Part shown: positions 27,301-33,187 of the stretch, in pieces | Layout of the letters: each line of letters starts with the position of its first letter | Position numbering within the stretch: position 1 is the first letter of the stretch | Source: Eubacteriales bacterium | GTDB taxonomy: Bacteria; Bacillota; Clostridia; Oscillospirales; CAG-272 | Direction: 5' to 3' | NCBI GenBank assembly: GCA_045129715.1 | Contig: JBGVKA010000069.1 | Coordinates: 1 to 45,300, forward strand | Length of the DNA stretch: 45,300 bases | The notes under the pieces: generated by a model | Database searches by the model: none | The model's input: the letters and a program-made list of their open reading frames with translations, nothing else | What the model was told of the DNA's origin: nothing | Program-made: the position numbers and the translations under genes

Positions 27301-28273
27301 TGCCGTCTGCATCCTTGAGGGTGATCTTGTAGCTGGTCGCGCCTGCTACGGGAGTCCAGCTCAAGCCGTTTGCGCTTACGTTAGCCTCGGGAGCCGCGAT
27401 CTGTGCATCGTTGGGAGTCCAGAGAGCGAAGAGCGTAGTGTCGGCGGTGAGCTTGGTGTTGTTATATTTGTAGGAAAGCTTCGCGCCGTCCTCAAGCATA
27501 CTGATCCACCAGCCTGCGAAGGTATATCCGTCTCTTGTGGGATTCTCGGGAAGATCGTATACCAAGCCGTTCAAGGTGGTAACGTCAGCGAGGGACGGAG
27601 CTCCGTCGTAACCAAGGTCAAAGCTTACGTTATAAACGGGGCCGTCAACGATTGCGAGCCATTTTGCATACAACGTAACGTTTGCGGTTACGGGAGTAGT
27701 GAATGCGTAGGAAGTTGTGAGTGCGGAATCCGTATACCAGCCGAGGAATGCATATCCTGCCTTAGTGGGATCCTGGGGCTTGGATGCGGTCTTACCGTTA
27801 ACTACCGTGATGGGAGCGACTGCGCTGCCGCCGTCTACCTCGAAGCTTACGGTGTAGTTCACGTTCTTGAGGAACGTCATCGTAGCGTTCTTGTAGGTGA
27901 GCGTCAACTTATCACTTGCGATAGTTGCGGTTGCGGTTCCGTCTGCGGTGTCTGCAAACGTAAGAACCATGTTGCTGCCGTCAACAGTGTAGGTACCGGT
28001 CTTAGTGAATCCGGTTCCGGTGTAGGTGAAGCTTCCGGCGGTCAATACCAGAGTTTCTTCGCCTCCTGCGACGTCGTAATAGTACGTACCCTGCTCGGGA
28101 CCGCCCTGATATGCAGGGGGATTGTTCGTAGTTCCGTTATTGTCGGTGTTGCCACCGTCGTTATCGCCGTTAGTCTTATCTTTGCAAGCCGTTAAGAGCA
28201 CTGCAACGGAAAGAACGAGGCAAAGAACAACGAGCAAGGCGTACAGCCTTTTGTGTTTGAGCTTTAAGTTCAT
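18359..28273 (-). CDS. giant (3304 aa) surface lipoprotein: Flg_new x4, Fn3/Ig-like x about 5, about 2000 aa of BspA-type LRR_5 repeats, eight C-terminal helical repeats
   Basis: Single uninterrupted ORF with RBS AAGGAGG 7 nt upstream. Lipobox LLTA|C. Flg_new motifs include AGYAFLGWYTD..VTLYAKW, DGYTFAGWW...TLFALW and NGFNFGGWYNT...LTLYTNW. An Fn3-like segment reads GLSWTPVAGATSYKITL. The long LRR array fits I...AF..C..L..v.iP.sv..Ig. By eye there is no LPXTG, SLH, CWB2 or C-terminal TM. Confidence 0.92.
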   Translation of the reverse strand: MNLKLKHKRLYALLVVLCLVLSVAVLLTACKDKTNGDNDGGNTDNNGTTNNPPAYQGGPEQGTYYYDVAGGEETLVLTAGSFTYTGTGFTKTGTYTVDGSNMVLTFADTADGTATATIASDKLTLTYKNATMTFLKNVNYTVSFEVDGGSAVAPITVVNGKTASKPQDPTKAGYAFLGWYTDSALTTSYAFTTPVTANVTLYAKWLAIVDGPVYNVSFDLGYDGAPSLADVTTLNGLVYDLPENPTRDGYTFAGWWISMLEDGAKLSYKYNNTKLTADTTLFALWTPNDAQIAAPEANVSANGLSWTPVAGATSYKITLKDADGNVLNEITTVTYNYNYNFAGQVAGAYSFEIVAVGSGGKTSDVAVRYYNNKALNRVSELKIVDGKLVFGAVENAEKYIITIDCGNKLHNHDALDNGNSTYFDFSNCTMQVGGIKFSVVAAAEGYANSVPSVVLVHEQSLASLGTVTYDAATDSFVWGAVANASAYKVTLTVGTETYTFKTTGTTFSLADYTGSVSVSVTPVADGYNSPEASTATATKTAPAKVQGLALNGTVLTWTSEAGTYVVTVNGTEYTVTEATLDLAAKLTELNLTAGEEYTVTVVATANGESSAPATLTTIYNAMSTTLTYSDKVVSWPSVIGYGNFKVRVNGGEEITVTGKNFASVVLTKAGDNVIEVICTDLTTDWNDAATITVTAYAVKYVTRTTDGGEVIEYLAVGDTLTPPTGLTANGFNFGGWYNTPLGADDNGKEYTETTLVLAADLTLYTNWIPKSYKVTLNVDNSFVSNVTNGDKVDVTYTKDYKLPIPVSTDESKGFFVGWFNAPNGGGIKMTDDLGNSVEPYGVIGDSTLYPYFAEALSFIEQKNETTGEVVGYYVTKGLGINNRNVSTIVIPAMYNGKPIIGISDNAFHSCYNIVSVDFPNTVEYVGLGAFELCTKLLSINMYEAVPNYETPYSTHDGALMYYHATSGETYLEAFPAAKIGTYTVSENVDVIGPGAFQNAKISKVIISKGVTSVSKDAFVNCRQLTEIEFVFGRETNVTIEDGAFADTPNVTKLVLPAKLAELKNIKVFDVFEDLAIIEIEGGSEHYSSVNNLICDPYGTKLLYVPRSFKGTFEVPLGITSIDDKLFYQNPYVTKVIIGEHVENIGADAFYGCTALTEVIVKTPRESLFTVGENAFSRCTNLKTLTIEGSDVSDETENQTIKIGKFAFANCSKLTTVTIGENAQIFEIAESSFAFCTSLKTFTIDATATLKNIGNKAFMNCTALTHFEIHGTTESVGDGAFEDCSKLSTISLGEGTGNLSLGADVFKNCVSLTTIELPSSLTSFNSSLFDGCENIQNINVDENNTYLESHDGILYTKGRTEIIYYPRTRTIVDGLVDLTDSALLKIGPSVFKNNPAVVTVKIGASVKEIAKGAFENCINLTSVEFVGTNEEFVLGARAFAGCSKLTSFTLPASTETIGSYAFDHSALASFTIPANVAFIGFNAFAYTNIVSIEIPANVTFIGHGAFYNAAKLESVTFAPRTADIQIGQWDDNIAKNDDVVLDSKFGTFAGTALTSFEVPATATYIGEYAFANLTALTSVTIPENAILNTIDRYAFYGTAISSIKLNEGLYAIEDYAFAGTKLTSVNIPKSVQYIRGYSFSIPTLTEITFTEGSSEGIGLHIANGAFVGANLTSIHLPAQLKAFGESVDKYDYSAINVFYKLKYEGSNEFDFSTNANLATITVSSDNTMFTVVDGVLYKLQSYTDPDSGDIIRYPVRLLFSPKENLGNNGTVTVPKTVTVVDYTSFLRTKLTQIIFEEYAKDDPNYGAAKLVIGYLDSAAVNNASPVVISTAYDETREGNSKNYTNLTLIQFPSHLTAIRNSFLNGFNNYSGSGYAPITVMKFNPDSTVRFVGNAMRNSCAIKRIELPMVSSIEQQSFYGLYGLSELVFASEDALKNSTLTDIGYRAFESCGALTSFVVPASVKTISAMAFYGCSHLTSFTVAEGSVLESIGEQAFYNMASQVEKGINFVIPATVKAVGAKAFERAKIIELTLSEKLQLDANGSLIEGCITIEKIHVPENHETLSSYNGIVYDKEQTAIYMVPSAWNEDQFIIPDTVQVIAASMFARFKGSYVKLPAALTSISDKAFEYSNITHIEIPDNVTSIGNYAFRDCKNLHTITISPNSKLTTIGTYAFSNTIVSELNLPDSVEFMGSYALGGCKQLTYFKVPASLKTLEGRTFSNCTALTTVELSEGLEVIGSSAFHASGITSIVIPNSVKQIIDYAFQQCKSLKTFTCTDAAQLHFVGFSAFLNCEALETVTFGPAVKSFGYNAQGKYNTFSGCTNLKEINLPAEMVKIPDGFFAGLQNLEVLTLPAQLEELGAEAFYNCPKLKTVTIPASLRTIGSGAFAYCTALKSVVFEEGSSIQIIPEGMFAECSSLASIVFPAGLVEIGDSAFAKTAFTTLSLPATLEEIGTTAFFECQKLTALDLPDSMLRIGNEAFANCYELVTIDLNEGLDHIGTFAFANCSKITAVTIPATVTSIEGNPFMGCTDLVLTLAAGNTSFTYVDGALITENGLTIVYYSPVNTAVSYTIPDTVVNIASGTFADSKLETIVLHARIKTITSYAFSNSKSLKNVTLPESVTEIQNSAFYGCSALETITIPASVIKLGDYAFAGCTNLSTFTLAERKDDMTVGSHLFDGCAKITQIYAFPGVKEFTPYMYAGTGVTSVVFGDNANYNVEGVFANSALESVTFGKITGNMNKMGKALFAGTKLTSIVIPEGFYEIAESAFANCTELKSVTLSANAIAKGAFENCTELTTLNFVRPSYLSSRDEFNVGVDDRAFANDSKLANTNIFDLAYQYGKEAFLNCSAVTGELNLSSKVNHIYDRAFAGMTVSKITLNGREYFIDPYAFEGLTATTVVYLSTVSNIDAYIERVGGIDNGWQNNTEAKITFFTPNSGEVEVTLTDEELKNLEMYVAEGMIDKSMMDGVKEAWLAYKASFVTLYPAGELTKEEIRALDEFANNFKISSKLVGELPKMWIEYRMTLAKNLTSHPKYFTEDELAKFNDLAAKMEDATKKAFQQAWFEYKISFNETNPSKELSEEDRKNLEVFCKTYNLDDQMMKELMNRWPEYKQQLAASLVVETPVLINLTDSELKALEKFCGEYGIKEGLEDIKLGWMTYKGAFTIGGKGDAEALSAEEEALVKEMIVTYGLKEELSKEYSQKLLEYKQRYAELYEKKIALNDEDLKIVGEFVKGHGLTEDDMKMIEEDLLNYKKSFVLSEAKADKTLTAEEETALIEFLTKYGLDAKLAKEYGDRFAEYRMKLVG
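18362..19450 (-). repeat. eight tandem 39-50-aa helical repeats, consensus L[ST].EE...L..F...YGL.....KE......EYK..., at the C-terminus of the giant protein
   Basis: The repeat starts are LTDEELKNLEMY, LTKEEIRALDEF, FTEDELAKFNDL, LSEEDRKNLEVF, LTDSELKALEKF, LSAEEEALVKEM, LNDEDLKIVGEF and LTAEEETALIEF. Each ends in an (E/T/N)Y(K/R) motif. Boundaries were checked at 19441-19450 (rc CTT ACC GAC G = LTD). Confidence 0.8.
19576..25696 (-). repeat. BspA-type LRR array of the giant protein (approximate bounds, residues about 860-2900)
   Basis: Protein-level periodicity of roughly 23 aa, for example IG..AF..C..L and TSV.IP..V..IG. The units are divergent at DNA level, and I saw no long identical DNA copies. 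Confidence 0.7.
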
Positions 28274-28463
28274 AATTCAAACCTCCTTTACGAAAATGAT
28301 AAAGCTTTCGCCAAACAATTTGCATTTTTCCAAAACATATGAGTGAGCAATTTACTTGAGCGTGGTAAAAACCGGTTTTGAATTTTTTTCGCCCTCGAAC
28401 TGTCAAAAAATTCAGTGTCCTAAAATGCGCTATATATATAATATAATGAAAAAATACACATCT

Positions 28464-28492
28464 ATCTTACTACAAAAAAATAGAAATGTCAA
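28464..28492 (-). promoter_or_regulatory. candidate sigma-A promoter for the giant gene
   Basis: Minus strand reads TTGACA (28487-28492), a 17-nt spacer, then TAAGAT (28464-28469). This would give a 5' UTR of about 185 nt. A second TTGACA at 28401-28406 has a poorer -10 (ATTCAA). Confidence 0.4.
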
Positions 28493-28860
28493 TAGTTTAT
28501 TATAAAAAACTACAAAATATTTTCAAAAATCTTTTCCGCGTAGGTTTTTGAAGTAGGTTTTCTTGCAAAAACGAGCCTCAAAATGCATATATTCAGTATA
28601 TTTTGCAAGTTTTGAGAATGCAAAATGTCAAAATGCAAGTTGAAAAAGGCAGAATAAAATTTGTGCCGTGCAGGTTACTTTATTGCAAGTGCTTTATTTA
28701 GATAAATTACAATGAAAATGCAAGAAAATTTCTAAAAACGATAGAATATGCACGTATTTGCGGTTAAATATGCATACCGCTTTCGTTCCTGTGTGAAAGC
28801 TCTTTTCCCGTGCTTTTAATTCGGAAAATCGGTTCTTTGAGAAAAACGCATCCTTTTGGG

Positions 28861-28889
28861 TTGAACCTCCGACAATTATATGCTATAAT
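28861..28889 (+). promoter_or_regulatory. sigma-A promoter for the flavin reductase gene
   Basis: TTGAAC (28861-28866), a 17-nt spacer, then TGcTATAAT (-10 at 28884-28889). This leaves a leader of about 120 nt. Confidence 0.65.
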
Positions 28890-29015
28890 ATAAATGAAAG
28901 AAATCCGCGCTCTCGGAGTGTTGCTTTAGCTCGGGTGCGGAGCTTGAAAAAACGCAGAAAAAAACGGTAAAAGGAACCGTTTGCCGTCCTCGCAGACGGC
29001 AGGGAGGAGAGAAAA

Positions 29016-29573
29016 ATGAGAAAAAATTTCGGAGCAAAAAGCTGGCTTTATCCTATGCCGGTGCTGATCGTCGGCACCTACGACGAATGCGGTGTGCCGA
29101 ACGCGATGAACGCTGCGTGGGGCGGAATATACGACACCGATCTGGTAATGGTATGCCTTGCGGACGATCATAAAACGACGGAGAATATCAAAAAGCAGGG
29201 TGCATTTACGGTAAGCTTTGCCACCGCACAAACCGTTGCCGAGTGTGATTACGTCGGCATCGTTTCGGCTAACGACGTGCCCGATAAATTAACACGGTGT
29301 GGGCTTAACACCTCAAAAAGTGAGTTCGTAAACGCTCCGGTTATCGATAAGCTTCCCGTCTCGGTCGAGTGTGAGCTTGAGAAGTTCAACGAGGACGGAA
29401 TATGCATCGGAAGGATAGTAAACGTATCCGCGGACGAGAGCGTTATCGGTGAGGACGGAAAAATAGACGTTACGCGCTTTTCTCCGATAATTTACGAAAG
29501 CCAAGGGCACAACTATTGGAGCTTTGGCAAGATCGTAGGAAAGGCGTTTTCCGACGGAAAGAAATTCAAGTGA
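29016..29573 (+). CDS. flavin reductase-like (FMN-binding split-barrel) protein
   Basis: 185-aa ORF reading LYPMPVLIVGTYDECGVPNAMNAAWGGIYDTDLVMVCL...HKTTENIKKQGAFTVSFAT, typical of the flavin_reduct family. RBS GGGAGGAG. Confidence 0.8.
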   Translation: MRKNFGAKSWLYPMPVLIVGTYDECGVPNAMNAAWGGIYDTDLVMVCLADDHKTTENIKKQGAFTVSFATAQTVAECDYVGIVSANDVPDKLTRCGLNTSKSEFVNAPVIDKLPVSVECELEKFNEDGICIGRIVNVSADESVIGEDGKIDVTRFSPIIYESQGHNYWSFGKIVGKAFSDGKKFK

Positions 29574-29859
29574 TTTTTAAAAATAAGCGCGAAATGTAAA
29601 GTAATATTGTCATATTCGAACAAAAAACAACAGATTTTAATAAAATCCACCGTTAAAGCGTTCGTAAAAAAAACGACTTGATTTTTGCTAAAAATGAGAA
29701 AGATATATTAACTTTACCCCCTTAAAATCGGTGCTCGTAAAAAGGTGACTCGGCGTGAAATACGCGGGTTGCCTTTTTCGTTTTTTACGCCAAAAAAGCG
29801 GAAAACGGGCGCAATGCGCGGCTTTCTCGAAAAAAATCGAAAAAATACAAAAAAATATA

Positions 29860-29889
29860 TTGACAAATATATAAAAAGTTTAGTATAAT
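29860..29889 (+). promoter_or_regulatory. near-consensus sigma-A promoter of the acyl-CoA synthetase/VOR/dehydrogenase operon
   Basis: TTGACA (29860-29865), an 18-nt spacer, then TATAAT (29884-29889), about 40 nt upstream of the GTG start. Confidence 0.75.
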
Positions 29890-29929
29890 GTACTCTATCA
29901 AATACGCTTTAGCAGAGTGAGGTGGCAAG

Positions 29930-32215
29930 GTGGAACATACTTTGAACGACATGGAGCTTAAAATTAAACAGATAGCGAGCCGTATTAAAGAGCTCCGCCA
30001 GATCACCGGACTTTCGGTACAGACGATGGCAGAGCGCACGGGCATCAGTGTCAGTGAGTACGAGGAGTGCGAGGCAGGTAACAGAAACCTCAGCATTGCC
30101 TTTCTTTATCACTGTACGCTCAGCTTCGGCGTTGATATGGGAGATCTTCTTGAGGGTAAGAGCCCCAAGCTTCGCTCCTATGCTCTGACTCGCAGAGGCG
30201 AGGGACAGAGAATTGAGGAAGCGCATCACATGGTCGGCTATAACTTAGCCTCAGGCTTCCGCAACCGTATCGCGCTTCCGCTCTATATGGAGCTTGCCTA
30301 CAGAGATGGCACAGAGAACGAGAAGATAGAGCTCGTGACTCACGAGGGGCAGGAATGCGATATCGTTATCACCGGTCAGATGAAGATACAGATCGGAGAG
30401 CACACCGAGATCCTTAACCCCGGAGATACCATTTATTACGATTCGGGCACGCCTCACGGTATGATCGCGGTAGGAGGCACGGATTGTACCTTCTACGCCA
30501 TAGTGCTTCGCAATCAGGCGGCAAGAGAGGGCGAGGAGATCGCAGTACGCTCGGTTGCTACCAAGCGTCGCGAGGAGGACACCGCGCGCCGCGTATATCA
30601 CGATTTCATTATTCCTACCGAGGAAAACGGAATTCTTACGAAGATAGATTTCAAAAACGAGGAGAGCTTCAACTTTGCGTTTGACGTCGTTGACTCCCTC
30701 GGCAGAAAAAAGCCGGATAAGCTCGCGATGCTTCACGTCAGCGAGGACGGTACCGAGAGACGCTTCACCTTTGGTGATATGAAGAAGGAATCCGCAAGAG
30801 CGGCTAACTATTTCAAGTCCATCGGCATAAAGAGGGGCGACCGCGTGATGCTCGTTCTTAAGCGTCACTACCAGTTCTGGTTCGCAATTCTCGGACTTCA
30901 TAAGCTCGGTGCGGTTGCCATTCCGGCTCCCAATCAGCTTCTTGAGAAGGATTTTGCATACCGCTTCACAGCGGCGAATATAAAGGCAATACTTTGCACG
31001 GCTGACGGTGAGGTCGCGGATTCGGTCGAGGCGGCTTCGAAGAGTGCTCCATCGCTTGAGCACAAGATACTCGTCGGCGGCACCCGTGAGGGATGGCGAA
31101 GCTTTGACGAGGAGTATACTCTCTACAGTAGTCATTACTCAAGAGGCGAGGACGCTCCTTCGGGCAGCGATCCCATGCTTATGTTCTTTACGTCGGGAAC
31201 GTCGGGATATCCGAAGATCGCGGCGCATAGCTTTAAGTATCCGCTCGGTCACTTCATAACCGCAAAGTATTGGCATCAGGTCAACCCCGATGGGCTCCAC
31301 TTCACGATATCCGACACCGGATGGGCGAAGGCACTGTGGGGCAAGCTCTACGGTCAGTGGCTTTGCGAGGCGGCAAACTTCGTTTACGACTTTGACAGAT
31401 TCGATGCTGAGAAGATACTTCCTCTGTTCAAGAAATACGGCATAACGACCTTCTGCGCACCTCCCACGATGTACAGAATGCTTATCAAGCAGGATATTTC
31501 AAGATTCGATCTTTCCTCTATAGAGCACGCGTCGACCGCGGGTGAGGCACTCAACCCCGAGGTATTCCGTCAGTTTGAGAACCATACGGGACTCAAGATC
31601 ATGGAGGGCTTCGGTCAGTCGGAGAGCACTCTTATCATCGGAAATCTTGCGGGCGGAAGCCACAAGGTCGGCTCAATGGGCAAACCGGTGCCTCTTTACG
31701 ACGTGCATCTTCTCAATCGCGAGGGTAACGAGGTCGAGCTCGGTGAGAGCGGTGAGATATGCATAGACATCTCTCGCGGACTCCCGCCCGGACTTGCGTA
31801 TGCGTACGAAGGAAACGAACAGATCACGAAACAGACCTGGCGCGACGGCTATTATCACACAGGCGACCTTGCGTGGCGCGATGAGGACGGCTTCTTATGG
31901 TACGTCGGCAGAGCCGATGACGTTATCAAATCCTCCGGCTACAGGATCGGTCCGTTTGAAATAGAAAACGTAATTATGGAGCTTCCGTACGTTCTTGAGT
32001 GCGGAGTTTCCGCGGCTCCCGACGAGGTTAGAGGACAGGTCGTTAAGGCGAGCATCGTTCTCATCAAGGGATACGAGGGCACAGACGAGCTTAAGCGCGA
32101 GATACAGAACTACGTCAAGTCGCGCACGGCACCCTATAAGTACCCGAGGATCGTTGAGTTTAAGGAAAGCCTTCCTAAGACGACGAGCGGAAAAATCATA
32201 AGAAAGCAACTCTAA
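29930..32215 (+). CDS. fusion protein: XRE-type HTH + cupin sensor domain (about 190 aa) fused to an AMP-forming acyl-CoA synthetase (medium/short-chain type)
   Basis: 761-aa continuous ORF. The GTG start has GAGGTGG upstream, and an ATG at 29951 is an alternative. The N-terminus reads IKELRQITGLSVQTMAERTGISVSEYEECEAG (HTH_3), followed by VTHEGQECDIVITGQMKIQIGEHTEILNPGDTIYYDSGTPHGM (cupin_2). The remainder is an adenylate-forming enzyme with FFTSGTSGYPK, YHTGD, GRADDVIKSSGYRIGP and TTSGKIIRKQL. Confidence 0.88.
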   Translation: MEHTLNDMELKIKQIASRIKELRQITGLSVQTMAERTGISVSEYEECEAGNRNLSIAFLYHCTLSFGVDMGDLLEGKSPKLRSYALTRRGEGQRIEEAHHMVGYNLASGFRNRIALPLYMELAYRDGTENEKIELVTHEGQECDIVITGQMKIQIGEHTEILNPGDTIYYDSGTPHGMIAVGGTDCTFYAIVLRNQAAREGEEIAVRSVATKRREEDTARRVYHDFIIPTEENGILTKIDFKNEESFNFAFDVVDSLGRKKPDKLAMLHVSEDGTERRFTFGDMKKESARAANYFKSIGIKRGDRVMLVLKRHYQFWFAILGLHKLGAVAIPAPNQLLEKDFAYRFTAANIKAILCTADGEVADSVEAASKSAPSLEHKILVGGTREGWRSFDEEYTLYSSHYSRGEDAPSGSDPMLMFFTSGTSGYPKIAAHSFKYPLGHFITAKYWHQVNPDGLHFTISDTGWAKALWGKLYGQWLCEAANFVYDFDRFDAEKILPLFKKYGITTFCAPPTMYRMLIKQDISRFDLSSIEHASTAGEALNPEVFRQFENHTGLKIMEGFGQSESTLIIGNLAGGSHKVGSMGKPVPLYDVHLLNREGNEVELGESGEICIDISRGLPPGLAYAYEGNEQITKQTWRDGYYHTGDLAWRDEDGFLWYVGRADDVIKSSGYRIGPFEIENVIMELPYVLECGVSAAPDEVRGQVVKASIVLIKGYEGTDELKREIQNYVKSRTAPYKYPRIVEFKESLPKTTSGKIIRKQL

Positions 32216-32224
32216 AAAGATTGG

Positions 32225-32251
32225 CGGAGAGCATCACTTTTTCGCTCTCCG
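32225..32251 (+). other. intercistronic stem-loop after the synthetase gene
   Basis: CGGAGAGC (32225-32232) pairs with GCTCTCCG (32244-32251), an 8-bp stem with an 11-nt loop. There is no clear T-tract, so it may be an RNA stability or processing element. It argues against the TTG (32221) start given in the ORF track. Confidence 0.35.
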
Positions 32252-32265
32252 AGGTCTCTTTAAAA

Positions 32266-32940
32266 ATGGATATGAATGATAAAAGACTAACCCTTTTTGC
32301 AGGGCATTACGGAAGCGGAAAAACCAATATCGCGGTAAATTACGCTATGTATCTTGCAAAAATGGGAAGAAAAGTTTGCATTGCAGACCTTGATATCGTA
32401 AATCCGTACTTCAGAACGAAGGACAGTGCAGAGGAGCTCAGTGCGTGCGGAATAGATCTTATCTCACCGAGATACGCTAACACGAACGTGGATCTTCCCG
32501 CGCTTCCGCCCGAAAGCTACAGGCCCGTTCAGGACAAGAGCGTCTTTGGCGTTCTCGATATCGGAGGTGACGACAGAGGCGCGTATGCGCTCGGCAGATT
32601 TGCCGATTTTATAAAGAAGGAAAACGACTACAGAATGGCGTTCGTTGTGAATTGCTACCGCCCCCTGACGAGCACGGTAGAGGATGCGATCGTTATAATG
32701 AAGGAGATCGAGGCGGCGGCAGGTGTTGCCTTTACGGACATCGTTAACAATTCCAATCTCGGCGGCGAGACGGACGGCGGTGTCGTTCGCGATTCCCTTA
32801 AGTTTGTCGAAGAGCTTTCGCAGGCTACGGGACTGCCCGTGTGGATGCATACCGCAGAGGAGAGCGTGGCAAGAGAGCTTACCGAGATAGACGTATTTCC
32901 TATGAAGCTGCAGAAAAAATATTTCGACCTGCCGGACTGA
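32266..32940 (+). CDS. SIMIBI-class P-loop NTPase (MinD/CooC/GPN-loop-like), possible maturation/accessory factor
   Basis: Walker A is LFAGHYGSGKTNIAVNYA, followed by CIADLDIVNPYF and VLDIGGDDRG. I place the start at ATG 32266 rather than the track's TTG at 32221. Confidence 0.7.
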   Translation: MDMNDKRLTLFAGHYGSGKTNIAVNYAMYLAKMGRKVCIADLDIVNPYFRTKDSAEELSACGIDLISPRYANTNVDLPALPPESYRPVQDKSVFGVLDIGGDDRGAYALGRFADFIKKENDYRMAFVVNCYRPLTSTVEDAIVIMKEIEAAAGVAFTDIVNNSNLGGETDGGVVRDSLKFVEELSQATGLPVWMHTAEESVARELTEIDVFPMKLQKKYFDLPD

Positions 32941-32970
32941 GCTCCGCAGAGTGAGAAAAGGAGAAAATAA

Positions 32971-33177
32971 ATGGCAAAGGTTACTTTTAACACGGATATG
33001 TGTAAGGGCTGCGGACTTTGTGTCGATGCATGCCCGAAGGGATGCCTTGAGATTGCGGCGGATAAGCTTAATCCAAAGGGTTACTCTCCCGCAGTTATGA
33101 AGGCTGAAGAAAAATGTATAGGATGTGCATTCTGCGCCACGATGTGTCCCGATTGCATAATCACTGTTGAAAAATAA
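32971..33177 (+). CDS. 2-oxoacid:ferredoxin oxidoreductase delta subunit (2x[4Fe-4S] ferredoxin)
   Basis: 68 aa with CKGCGLCVDACP and CIGCAFCATMCP. RBS AAGGAG. Confidence 0.88.
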   Translation: MAKVTFNTDMCKGCGLCVDACPKGCLEIAADKLNPKGYSPAVMKAEEKCIGCAFCATMCPDCIITVEK

Positions 33178-33187
33178 GGAGAATATC

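Noticed and set aside
24227-28195. A 1322-aa ORF on the plus strand, antisense to the giant gene. It would be the second-largest 'protein' in the window.
   Set aside because: The ORF is exactly codon-aligned with the sense gene: both have codon boundaries at positions congruent to 2 mod 3. A stop in this frame therefore requires a sense TTA, CTA or TCA codon. The sense gene, like the whole window, simply avoids these three codons. The translated product is low-complexity G/V/S/N-rich, has no RBS and no recognisable motif, whereas the sense frame carries unmistakable LRR/Flg_new domains.
28446-28505. A 19-codon mini-ORF (MKKYTSILLQKNRNVNSLL) in the AT-rich region.
   Set aside because: It has no RBS, lies across the candidate promoter of the giant gene, and an ORF of this length is expected by chance in AT-rich DNA.
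28890-29015. An FMN riboswitch upstream of the flavin reductase gene.
   Set aside because: The leader is only about 120 nt, and I could not recognise the conserved multi-helix junction core expected of the RFN element.
33167-33187. N-terminal extensions implied by the ORF track for several genes: 33167 (alpha subunit), 34246 (beta), 34925 (gamma), 41644 (SDR) and 32221 (NTPase).
   Set aside because: In each case a downstream ATG (33188, 34252, 35006, 41854, 32266) is preceded by a proper AGGAG-type RBS and begins the conserved family N-terminus. The extensions overlap the upstream gene, a promoter or a hairpin.
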